This document shows positions 36,921-48,097 of a DNA stretch of 64,000 nt, piece by piece. How positions within the stretch are numbered: the stretch's first letter is position 1; the number at the start of each line of letters is the position of its first letter. The position numbers were made by a program, and so were the translations under genes. The DNA comes from Prorocentrum cordatum (taxonomy: Eukaryota), in contig CAUYUJ010000105.1 of NCBI GenBank assembly GCA_963575745.1, positions 1 through 64,000 on the forward strand. The letters run 5' to 3'. Below the pieces are notes generated by a model. It was not told the DNA's origin. It was given only the letters and a program-made list of their open reading frames with translations, and did no database searches.

Positions 36921-38332
36921 GCATCAGCATCATCATCATCATCATCATCAGCATCAGCATCAGCATCATCATCATCATCAGCATCATCAGCATCATCATC
37001 ATCATCGGCAGAATCAGCATCAGCATCATCATAATCATCATCATCATCATCAGCAGCAGCATCATCAGCATCAGCATCAGCATCACATCAGCATCATCAT
37101 CATCATCTCATCATCATCATCATCTCATCATCATCATAATCATTAGCATCCTCATCATCAGCAGCAGCAGCGTCATCAGCATCATCATCAGCATCATCAG
37201 CATCATCACAATCACCATAATCAGCATCAGCATCAGCATCAGCATCAGCGTCATCATCATCAGCAGCATCAGCATCATAATCAGCAGCAACATCAGCATC
37301 AGCATCAGTATCATCATCATCATCACCCTCATCATCAACATCATCAGCGTGTGCAGCATCATCATCGTCATCGGCATCATCAGAATCATCATCAGCGGCA
37401 TCAGTACCAGCATCATCATCCTCATCAGCAACATCATCATCAGCATCATCCTCATCAGCATCAGCGTCGTCATCATCCCCATCATCAGCATCAGCCACAG
37501 CACCCTCGGCATCAGCATCGTCATCATCGTAATCAGAATCACCAGCAGCAGCATCAGCATCATCATCATCGTCGTCGCCATCATCATCAGCATCATCATC
37601 ATCAGCATAATCAGCATCATCATCAACAGCATCATCATCAGCAGCAGCATAGTCATCAGCATTATCATCAGCAGCAGCAGCATCATCATCAATATCATAG
37701 TCAGCAACAGCATCGCCATCGTCATCAGCATCATCAGCCTCATCAGCATCATCATCACCATCATCATTATCAAAGGCATCACCATCATCAGCATCAGTAT
37801 CAGCATCAACGTCATCATCGGCATCAGCATCAGCATCATTAGCCGTATCATCATCAGCCTCGTGATCAGCATCATCAGCAGCATGATCAGCATCATCATC
37901 TTGAGCAGCATCGACATCGGTATCATCATCAGCATCATCATCAAAAGCATCAGCATCATCAGCATGTTCAGCATCAGCATCATCAGCAGCAGCATCATCA
38001 GTATCATCATCAGCATCAGCATCAACATCAGCATCAGCAGTATCCCTCCTCCTCCTCACCCTCCTGGCGATCCTCCTCCTCCCGTTCCTCCTTATCATCC
38101 TCCTCCTCATCCTCCTCATCATCCTCCTCATCCGTCGCCTCCTCCTCCTCACCATTAGCATCATCAGCATCAGCATCAGCATCATGATCATCATCCTCAT
38201 CAGCATCATGATCAGCATCATCAGCATCATAATCATCACCAGAATCAGCATCATCAACAGCAGCATCATCAGCACCGTCATCATCATCAGCATCAGCATC
38301 ATCGTCAGCAGCAGCAGCATCATCATCATCAG

Positions 38333-38397
<65 letters not shown>

Positions 38398-39565
38398 GTA
38401 TCGTTACCATTATCATTATCATCACCAGCAGCAGCATCATCAGAATCATCATCCTTACCATCATCCTCGTCATCATCATCATCAGCATCATCATCGTCCT
38501 CCTCTGCCTCTCCTCCTCCTCCTCTCCTCCTCCCCCTCCTCCTCCTAATCCTCGTTCTCCTCATCCTCCTCCTCCCAATCATTCTCCTCCTCCTGCTCCT
38601 CATCACCGTCATCATCAGCAGCATCATCATCCTACTTCTCCTCCGCCTCCTCCTCCACCTCCTCCTCCTCCTCCTCCTCCTCCTCCTCCTCCCCCCTCCG
38701 TCTCCTCCTCCTCCGCCGCCTCGGGCTTCACCTCTCCTCCTCCTCCTCCTCCTCTCATCCTCCTCCTCCTCCTCCTCCTCCTCCTCCTCCTCCTCCCTCC
38801 TCCTCCTCCTCCTCCTAATCCTCCTCCGCCTCCTCCTCCTCCTCCTCCTCCTACTCCTACTCCTCCTCCTCCCCTCCCCCTCCTCCTCCTCCTCCTCCTC
38901 CTCCTCCTCCTCCACCACCCTCCTCCTCCTCCTCATGCTTCTCCTCTTCCTCCTCCTCCCCCTCCTCCTCCTCCTGCTCCTCCTCCTCCGCAGCAGCAGC
39001 CTCCTCTTCCTCCTCCTCCTCATCCTCCTCCTGCTCCTCATCATCCTCCTCCTCCTCCTCCTCCTCCTCCTCCTCCTCCTCCTCCTCCTCCTCCTGGTGG
39101 CGGCCTTGGGCTGACGGGTGGGGCGGACCAGAGAAGGGAGGGACAAAAAGGGAGCCAGGAGCGGAGGAGGCCCAACACCCAACGGAGCAAGGGCAGGGAA
39201 AGAGAGCCAGCGGGAGAGGGCAGGAGGAGGAAGGAAGGAAGGAAGAAAGGAGGGAGGACCAGCGAAAGAGGCAGAGCACGAGCCAAGGAATAGCAAGGAC
39301 CCAGGACTGTCGCCCTTGCCCCCGGGCAGCACCCACCCAGGGTCAGGAGCGACAGAGCGAAACGATCAGACGCGACAACGACAACGGAGACGGCACAAGA
39401 CGGCAGCAAAACGACAAAACGCACAGACCTCATCCTCCTCCTCGTCGTCCTCCTCCTACTCGTCCTCCTCTTCCTCGTCCTCCTCTTCCTCCTCCTCCTC
39501 CTCCTCCTCCTCCTCCTCCTCCTCCCTCATCATCATCATCATCATCATCATCATCAGCCGCATCA

Positions 39566-39616
<51 letters not shown>

Positions 39617-39648
39617 CATCAGCATCATCATCTCATCAATCATCATCA

Positions 39649-39726
<78 letters not shown>

Positions 39727-39935
39727 TCACATCATCATCATCTCAGCAGCAGCACATCATCATCATCCACCACCATCAACACCATCATCATCATCACCAC
39801 CACCCCCATCGTCATCATCATCATCATCTCATCATCAGCATCATCATCATCATCATCGTCATCATCATCATCATCATCATCATCCTCATCATCATCATCC
39901 TCATCCTCATCATCATCATCCTCCTCCTCCTCCTC
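35004..39935. repeat. ~5-kb compound (CCT)n/(CAT)n/(CAGCAT)n microsatellite field
   Basis: Directly visible, with short unique interruptions at about 36245-36545 and 39095-39430. Confidence 0.95.
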
Positions 39936-41386
39936 CTATCCTTATTCCTTATTAGAATATACTCCTACTCCCCCCTCAGGCCGGCAGATAGCGGGCGCAT
40001 CCGGGTGGTCCCATCCTAACCTGTAAAAAACAATACAAAATCAACATGTTTCTTATTTTTTCCTCTCGACATGGACGTCCTGTCGTCCACGGCGATAATC
40101 CATTGCAAAAAATACCACAAAGAGCACACGCGCGCGTTCATGTCAGAATCCTACCGAACACCGTGTGTTTGCAAGCATTTCAACATAAAAACATCAAAAA
40201 CCCAATGCTTTTTCACAAAAATTGTACAAATTTCCCGCCCGGGCTCTCTTGCTGAAATCATAGGAAAACCATCGGAATCTTAAGAATTCGGTCAAATCCA
40301 GCGATTTCACGTCATCGCGCGGTGCACTCGCGATGCTCTGTCATGCACCCAGGCCGCGAATCCTGTGCAAAAAATACCACGCGGGCGACATGCGCGCGCG
40401 TCGCCGCGAGCGCATGCTCAAATCCTTCTAATCGTCATTGGCACCGTCGCATGGACGTCCTGTCGTCCAGAGCCGGGCTTCCTCCGGCCACCTCTGGCTT
40501 CCTGCGGTGTACCGGGCCATTCTCGACTCGTCTGGCAATGCGTGCGCGGCATTCAACACGCGCTCGCCAGTTCCCGTCGGCAACCGCCATCGCGGCCGCA
40601 TCAGCTGTACCAAACCGGCTGGCCGGTGTGACTTCGGCCCCCAGTTGTGCCAGCTTTGCTTCTTATGTTGTGGGAGGGCGGGTGGGACTGGGCATGCCAT
40701 GCTTGACTCGCTCGAGCTGGCTAGCTTGACTCCTACTCCTACTCCTACTCCTACTCCTCCTCCTCCTTCCCTCCCTCCCTCCCTCCCTCCCTCCCCCCCT
40801 CCCTCCTCCTCCTCCCTCCTCCACCTTCTCCTCATCCTCCTCCTTCTCCTGCTGCTCCTCCTCCTCCACCCTCCTCCTCCTCCTCTTCTTCCTCCTCCTC
40901 CTCCGTCAACTCCACTGGGCGGATGGCGAGAGGAAATGACGAGGCACGAAGAAATTTGTTTGATGACGCTGGCAGGCCGGACGCAGCCATGTGACGTTCG
41001 GTCGTGCCCAATTGTTTTGAACTGTGCTCACACGAGAGCTGGCAACCGAAAAACTTGGGGACGGGGGAAGCAAGATCGAGGAACCCAGGTTCATAAACCC
41101 GGAAAAGGAGAACGAGGATGAAGCCGAGGGCGAGGACACCGAGGGGGAGGCAGACGACGCGGGAGATGGAGAGAACGGCGAGGAGGGGGACCATGAAGCG
41201 GAGGGTGACTGAATATTGTTTGTTCGTGGTGTTGCGTCATGCTCATAACAGCGTGCTTGCCTTTCGTGTCAGGGAGGGAGGCGGAGGCGAAGGACGCGGG
41301 AGATGGGGAGAAGGGCGAGGAGGGGGACCATGAAGCGGAGGGTGACTGAATGTCGTCTCTCGTGGTGTTGCGCTATGCTTATAACA

Positions 41387-43613
41387 ATAACCAACTGCTC
41401 TTGATATGAATCCCCTGGGGGTAATACAGTTCGGGGTCCAGGGAAGGTAATAAACGTTTTCCTGGAGATCTCAGCACTATGATGAAGAGAATGACGATGC
41501 TGATGATAAAGATGATCCTGGACGCTGTATGGAAATCCTTGGAAATCCTTGGAAATCCGTGGAATTCCATCGGAAATCCATAGGATTCCTTCGGATATCC
41601 GTAGGACTCCTCCGGAAATATCCATAGGACTCCTCAGGACTCCTTAGGACATTCATAGGATTCCTTAGGACAGCCTTGGAATTCCTTCGGGAATCCAAAA
41701 AGGATTCCTGCGGAAATCCATGGGGTTCCTTAGGAAATGCAACATCCTGAGGTTTTCTGGGGAAATCCATCGGGCTCCTGAGGGAATACATAGGATTCCG
41801 TGGGAAATCCATAGGAGGAGGAGGAGGAGGAGGACGACGACGACGACGAGGAAACAGAGGACAAGTTTTCCCCCCCCCTCCAAAAAATTAGCCTGGCGAA
41901 GGACCCAACCACATGCAGTTGTGAGCACCGTCATTGTATGCACCGCATTCGGAGGAGCTCTTTGTAGGGCCACGAAACGTGTGATGAATGTGCCAAAATT
42001 TGCCCAGTGGGCGCATGCGAAAGCAGCCAGCTGGGCCGTCGGTGGAATTCCCTATGAAGCCACGAAACGCGTGAGAGGTGTGCCGAAATAGGTGCGATGG
42101 GCGCATGCGAACGCAGCCACTGGGGCCGTGCCGAAATGGGTGCGGTGGGTGCATGCGAACGCAGCCACTGGCGCCTCCGGAGGAGCTCCCTCTGGGGCCA
42201 CGAAACGCGTGAGGGGTGTGCCGAAACGCGCGTGGTTGAGGCATGCGGGCGGTGGCACTGGGGCCTTCGGCGGAGCTCCCTCCCGATGGGGCCACGAAAC
42301 GTGTAAGGGGTGTGACGAAATGGGTGTGGGTGACGCATGCGGGCGGTGACACCGGGGCCATCGTTGGAGTTTCCTATGGGGCCACGAAACGTGTGAGGGG
42401 TGTGCTGGAATGGGCGTGGGTGACGCATGCGTGCGGTGACACCAGGGCCATCGTTGGAGCTCCCTATGGGGCCACGAAACGTGTGAGAGGTGTGACGAAA
42501 TGGGTGTGGGTGACGCATGCGGGCGGTGGCACTGGGACCTGCGGTGGAGCTCCCTATGGGGCCACGGAACGTGTGAGGGGTGTGACGAAATGGGTGTGGC
42601 TGACGCGTGCGGGCGGTGGCACTGGCGCATTCGGTGGAGCTCCTTACGGGGCCACGAAACGCGTGAGAGGTGTGCTGGAATGGGCGTTGGTGACGCATGC
42701 GGGCGGTGGCACTGGGGCTTTCGTTGGAGCTCCGTATGGGGCCACAACACGTGTGAAGGGCGTGCCGAAATGGGTGTGGGTGACGCATGCGGGCGGTGGC
42801 GCTTGGACCTTCGGTGGAGTTCTCTATGGGGCCACGACACGTGTGAGGGGTGTGCCGAAATGGGTGTGGGTGACGCATGCTGGCGGTGGCACTGGGGCCT
42901 TCGGTGGAGCTCCATATGCGGCCACGACACGATTGAGGGGTGTGACGAAATGGCTGTGGGTGACGCATGCGGGAGGTGGCACTGGGGAGTTCGGTGGATC
43001 TCCATATGGGGCCACGAAACGCTGTACTGGGTGGCCGAAGCGCAACGAGGTAGGAGGAGGGGGAGGTGGAGGAGGGGGAGGGAGGAAGGAAGGAGGAGAC
43101 GCGGGGCGCCGTCTCTTCAAAACGAGGACCCAACACCGCAGGATGGTTGGGATGTTTAATCATTTTCTTTGGCACATGTGTAGTAGTTCATGGCGGCCCG
43201 TTCGCTGTTTTTTTTTTTATTTATTTTCTTAATAAACCAAAACAAACAAACAAACAAAAACGGAATAAAAAAAATTGGGGCGGGAGCGCAAGGAGGAGGA
43301 GGAAGAAGATTCCTTCGGAAATCCATGGAATGCCTGAGGAAATACATCGGATTCCTTCGGAAATCCATCGGAATCCTTAGGAAGTCCATGGGATTCCTTC
43401 TGACATCCATCGGAATCCATAGGAAATCAATCGGAAGTCTTGGGAATCCTTGCTACCCAACATAAGAAGAGATCAACTTCGATTCGCAACCTTCCTCCGC
43501 GATTATCAACTTCGGCCTTGCCGCCCCTCTTCCCCGACCAAATCTGCATTGGCCGGGGATAATCAACTTTCAGGGGTTAAGGGGGGGGTGACTTATCGGG
43601 TGGGATTAGGTTA
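41387..43613. mobile_element. ~2.2-kb composite insertion interrupting a 136-bp tandem duplication
   Basis: The intact unit reads ATAACAGCGTGCTTGCCTTTCGTG (~41245). The second unit breaks after ATAACA (41386) and resumes GCGTGCTTGCCTTTCGTG at 43614. The insert ends are TAACC...GGTTA. Confidence 0.7.
41893..43151 (+). mobile_element. Non-autonomous element with internal 90-bp tandem array (copy 2)
   Basis: Same termini as 29867-31451. GGGGCCACG(A/G)AACGTGTGAG recurs every 90 nt. Confidence 0.85.
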
Positions 43614-43749
43614 GCGTGCTTGCCTTTCGTGCCAGGGAGGGAGAGGGGGAGGGAGACAGGAAGGAGGAAGAGGAGGCCGACGCCGATACACCTGCACGGT
43701 CCTGTGATTTTGCCGCTCGGAGCGTTCCGTCTGGCCCTCTAGCCGCTGC

Positions 43750-43926
43750 TCACTCGTCGTCCTCGTCGGCCTTCTCCACGCTGGCGGTCAGGAGGTTCTT
43801 CGCCTCGTCCTCCTCCGGCCGGAGCATCTCGACGCCAGCGTCATCGCCGCCAGAGTGCATCTCCATGAGTTTGGTGATGTCAAACTTCGGCTTCTTCAGG
43901 ATCTTGACCTTCTTGATGTGGACGTC
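43750..43926 (-). CDS. RPS3A: 40S ribosomal protein eS1 (S3a), last coding exon
   Basis: DVHIKKVKILKKPKFDITKLMEMH is the conserved eS1 C-terminal motif. It has a CAG|G acceptor at 43927/43926, an intact frame to TGA, and GC-rich third positions. Confidence 0.92.
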   Translation of the reverse strand, partial: DVHIKKVKILKKPKFDITKLMEMHSGGDDAGVEMLRPEEDEAKNLLTASVEKADEDDE

Positions 43927-44466
43927 CTGGCGCGACCCGGACGTTCTCGCTCCAAACATCTTCGCATCGCGGAGAATCACGACGGGGGGGCCGTCCTTTG
44001 CTGTTTTCGGCCTCTGTGGGCCCTCGCAAAAGGCAATCGAAGCTTCAAAAAAACGGCTCGCGATGAAAAACAGCTTGCCCTGAAGAGAGGAAAACATTCG
44101 ACAGAAGACGACTCGCGGTGAAAAACAGCTTGCTCTGAGGAAAGTAAGGGTCGGAACTTCCAGGGGCCCCGCTGTAAAAAGCAGTTCGGCCACGCGCAGA
44201 GGGGGGTAGGGGGAGGGGGGAAGCATTCTTAGAAGCACCCTTGCTTAGAAGTGGCGGGCCTTCTTTGTAGATGTAAAGAGACGCGGCCTCCTTCTAAGAA
44301 GCCTTCCCCTCTCCCCCTACCCCCTTTGTGCGCGCCGCCAAGCAGTACGTCGGTTCTCTGGGGACGCTCTCGGCCGCTCCCCTTCGCCGCTGTTCGCGCC
44401 CACCTTGACCGCTGGACCCCTCGGGCGCGCGCTCTCCCACACGTTTTGGTTCCTTCCGACGCCAGT

Positions 44467-44497
<31 letters not shown>

Positions 44498-44921
44498 TTC
44501 TCGCTCTCCCTCTCTCTCTCTCTCTCTCTCGCACACCTGCCCGCGCATCCGTGAGACGACCTGCTCGCAAGCCCAGCCGTCAGGCACTCATCACATCGGA
44601 CGGGTAGCCGACAGTGCCATCCGAGCCCAAGTGGCGACGAGGACCCAAGACAGGGCACCGACAGGAGCAAGCACCTTCCGAGACCCGCACGGGTCTCGGT
44701 CTCGGAAGCTACACGCCCCACCCCCGCGGGGACGGCCCGACCCACCCAAGAGCCCAGACCAGGTCTCTCTCTCTCTCTCTCTGTTTCTGTTTCCCTCGCT
44801 CGCAAAAGGCCACCGAAAGGTATTCAAAGAGACCCGTCTGTGCATTAAAGAATCATGTGATCCATGACCAAAAAAAGTTGGCAGAATTGGCCGACAGAAT
44901 GGTGGGATATGTACTTGCGCC

Positions 44922-45690
44922 GGTCGCCCGGTCAGCCGGTCAGTCGGTCAGCTGGTCAGCTGGTCAGCTGGTCAGCCGGTCAACCGGTCATACGGTCAGC
45001 GGGTCGACGGGTCAGCCGGTCAACCAGTCAGCTAGTCAACTGGTCAGCTGGTCAACCAGTCAGCCAATCAGCCAATCAGCCGTTCAGCTGCAAGTCAGCC
45101 GGTCAACCAAACAACCAGTTTGCTGGTCAGCCGGTCAGCCGGTAAGCCCGTCTGCCCGTTAGCCGGTCAGCCCGTCAGCCGGTCAGCCGGTCATCCTCTG
45201 GTCTCCCGGTCAGCCGGTCAACCAGTCTTCTGGCCAATTCGTCAGCAGGTCAACCTGCCAGCCTGTCAACCGGTCAGCTGGTGAACTGGTCAGAAAACGG
45301 TCAGCTCGTCAACCTGTCAGCCAGGCAACTGGTCATCCAGTCAACCAGCTGGCCAGTCAACTGGTCAGCCAATTGCAACCAGTCAACCGGTCAGCCGGTC
45401 AGCCGGTCAGCCGGTCAACCGGTCACCCGGTCACCCTGTCAGCCGGTAAACTGGTCGGCCGGTCAACCAGTCAGCCGGACCCCCGGTCAACCGGTTTTCT
45501 AGTCACCCATGATCTCGAGCACCCACTCAGCCGGTCACCCAGTCAGCCGGATTTCCGGTCACCCGGTCACACGGTCAGCCGGTCAGCCAGTCAGCTGGTC
45601 AGCCGGTCAACTGGTCAGCTGGTCAACAGTTCAGCCGGTCAGCTGGTCAGCCAGTCAACCAGTCAGCTGGTCAGCCAGTCACCTGGTCAC
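44922..45690 (+). repeat. (GGTCAGCC)n 8-bp satellite
   Basis: Directly visible; a second array is at 53510-54100. Confidence 0.95.
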
Positions 45691-45700
45691 GGATTATTTT

Positions 45701-45948
45701 GATTGATGATGATGACGATGATGATGATGATGATGAGGAGGAGGAGGAGAAGGAGGAAGGGGAGGGGGTGAGGATGAGGATGAGGATGAGGATGAGGATG
45801 AGGATGAGGATGAGGATGAGGATGAGGATGAGGATGAGGATGAGGATGAGGATAAGGATGAGGATGAGGATGCGGATGCGGATGAGGATGCGGATGAGGG
45901 TGAGGATGAGGATGAGGATGAGGATGATGATGATGAGGATGATGATAC

Positions 45949-45994
<46 letters not shown>

Positions 45995-46033
45995 AATGAT
46001 GATGGCGATGATGACGGTGATGATGATGATGAC

Positions 46034-46065
<32 letters not shown>

Positions 46066-46430
46066 TGATGATGATGATGATGATGACGACGACGACGATG
46101 ACGATGACGATGACGATGATGGTGATGATGATACTGGTAATGATTGTGATGGTGAAGGTAATGGTGATGGTGATAACGATGATGATGATGCTGCTGATGA
46201 TGTTGGTGATGATGGTCATGGTGATGGTGACGGCGATGTTGGTTATGGTGATTGTGATGGTGGTGATGATGATGGTGGTGATGATAATGATGATGGTGAT
46301 GATGATGGTGATGGTGGTGATGATGATGATGATGGTGGTGGTGATGATGATGTTGCTGTTGCGGCTGCGGATGACGATGATGATGATGATGATGATGAGG
46401 ATAATAATGGTGAGGATGATGATGATGCTA

Positions 46431-46472
<42 letters not shown>

Positions 46473-46509
46473 GTGATGGTGATGGTGATGGTGATGGTGA
46501 TGGTGATGG

Positions 46510-46586
<77 letters not shown>
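45701..46586 (+). repeat. (GAT)n/(GAGGAT)n microsatellite
   Basis: Directly visible. Confidence 0.95.
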
Positions 46587-47172
46587 GGTCCCCTGCTCAC
46601 CAGTGTTCTCGTCCACGGCCAACTGGCTCACCAGTCCAGCAGGAGGAAGCTCAGTATGGGCAGGTGAGGCGAATAACCACATGCCAACGATGAGAAAGCA
46701 TCCCACCCCTTAATCCCTGAGTCATGGTTATGCATGGGCGGGCGGAGCGGCGAGGCCGAACTGTATTACCACGAGGGGGAGTACGAATCGTACATTGATT
46801 CATCTGATCCTGAGTATCCTTCGTTCTCATCATCAGCTTCCTTTTTTGTCATCATAACCCTCTCGTGGACCCCCATTCTGGCACACTCCATCACACGGTT
46901 CGTGGCCCCATGTGGTGCCCCAGTGCTATGCCTGCTATATCGCGTTGAGCATAGACCTCCTCTCCCTCCCCTTATTCCTCCCTCCACGCCCCAGCTGAAC
47001 TTGTTCATCGTCGTCATTGGTTATCACTCCGGATGAGAAACCATGAGTACTCCTACACGACGGGTGGAAAACCATTACGCTACCGAGGAACCCCACATAC
47101 CTAGTTGATGTCCCATGTGTATCATCGGTGCTTCTGCTGCTGCTCCTCCTTCTCCTCTTCGGTGTCCTCCTC

Positions 47173-47221
<49 letters not shown>

Positions 47222-47344
47222 TGCGTCTGCTGCTGCAGCTGCTGCTGCTGCCGCTGCTGCTGCCCCACCTCCCCGTCCTCCTCCTCCTCCTCCTCCTCCT
47301 CCTCCTCCTCCTCCTCCTCCTCCTCCTACCTCCTCCTCCTACCT

Positions 47345-48097
47345 CCCAGCGCACCCCCTGTGGCGTCGAGGACATGCCACGCCTGCCACGCCCTGGGAGC
47401 CTGCAACGCATAGGGCCCCCACCCCCAGCGCACCCCCTGTGGCGTCAAGGAAATGCCACGCCTGCCACGCCCTGGGAGCCTGCAACGCATAGGGCCCCCA
47501 CCCCCAGCGCACCCCCTGTGGCGTCGAGGAAATGCCACGCCTGCCACGCCCTGGGAGCCTGCAACGCATAGGGCCCCCACCCCCAGCGCACCCCTGTGGC
47601 GTCGAGGAAATGCCACGCCTGCCACGCCCTGGGAGCCTGCAACGCATAGGGCCCCCACCCCCAGCGCACCCCCTGTGGCGTCGAGGAAATGCCACGCCTG
47701 CCACGCCCTGGGAGCCTGCAACGCATAGGGCCCCCACCCCCAGCGCACCCCCTGCGGCGTCGAGGAAATGCCACGCCTGCCACGCCCTGGGAGCCTGCAA
47801 CGCATAGGACCCCCACCCCCAGCGCACCCCCTGTGGCGTCGAGGAGATGTCACGCCTGCCACGCTTTGCGAGCCCGAAACGCATAGGGTCCCCTCCCCCA
47901 GCGCACCCCCTCTGGTGTCGAGGAAGTGCCACGCCTGCCACGCTTTGCGAGCCCGAAACGCATAGGGCCCCCACCCCCAGCGCACCCCCTCTGGTGTCGA
48001 GGAAGTGCCACGCCTGCCACGCTTTGCGAGCCCGAAACGCATAGGGCCCCCTCCCCCAGCGCACCCCCTCTGGTGTCGAGGAAGTGCCACGCCTGCT
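47345..48097 (+). repeat. Homogeneous 79-bp tandem repeat, about 9.5 copies
   Basis: CCCAGCGCACCCCCT(C)TG(T)GG(C/T)GTCGAGGAA.TGCCACGCCTGCCACGC recurs every 78-79 nt. Confidence 0.97.

Noticed and set aside
34928..40026. Long poly-I/H/S/D/M ORFs (up to 631 aa), also at 1-948 and 45671-46667
   Set aside because: These are translations of trinucleotide microsatellites that are open in several frames on both strands.
42243..43232. 30-aa repeat protein (WVWVTHAGGGTGAFGGAPYGATKRVRGV) and similar ORFs at 30101-31873
   Set aside because: A by-product of a 90-bp GC-rich DNA repeat. The sister copy uses 79-80-bp units that break the frame.
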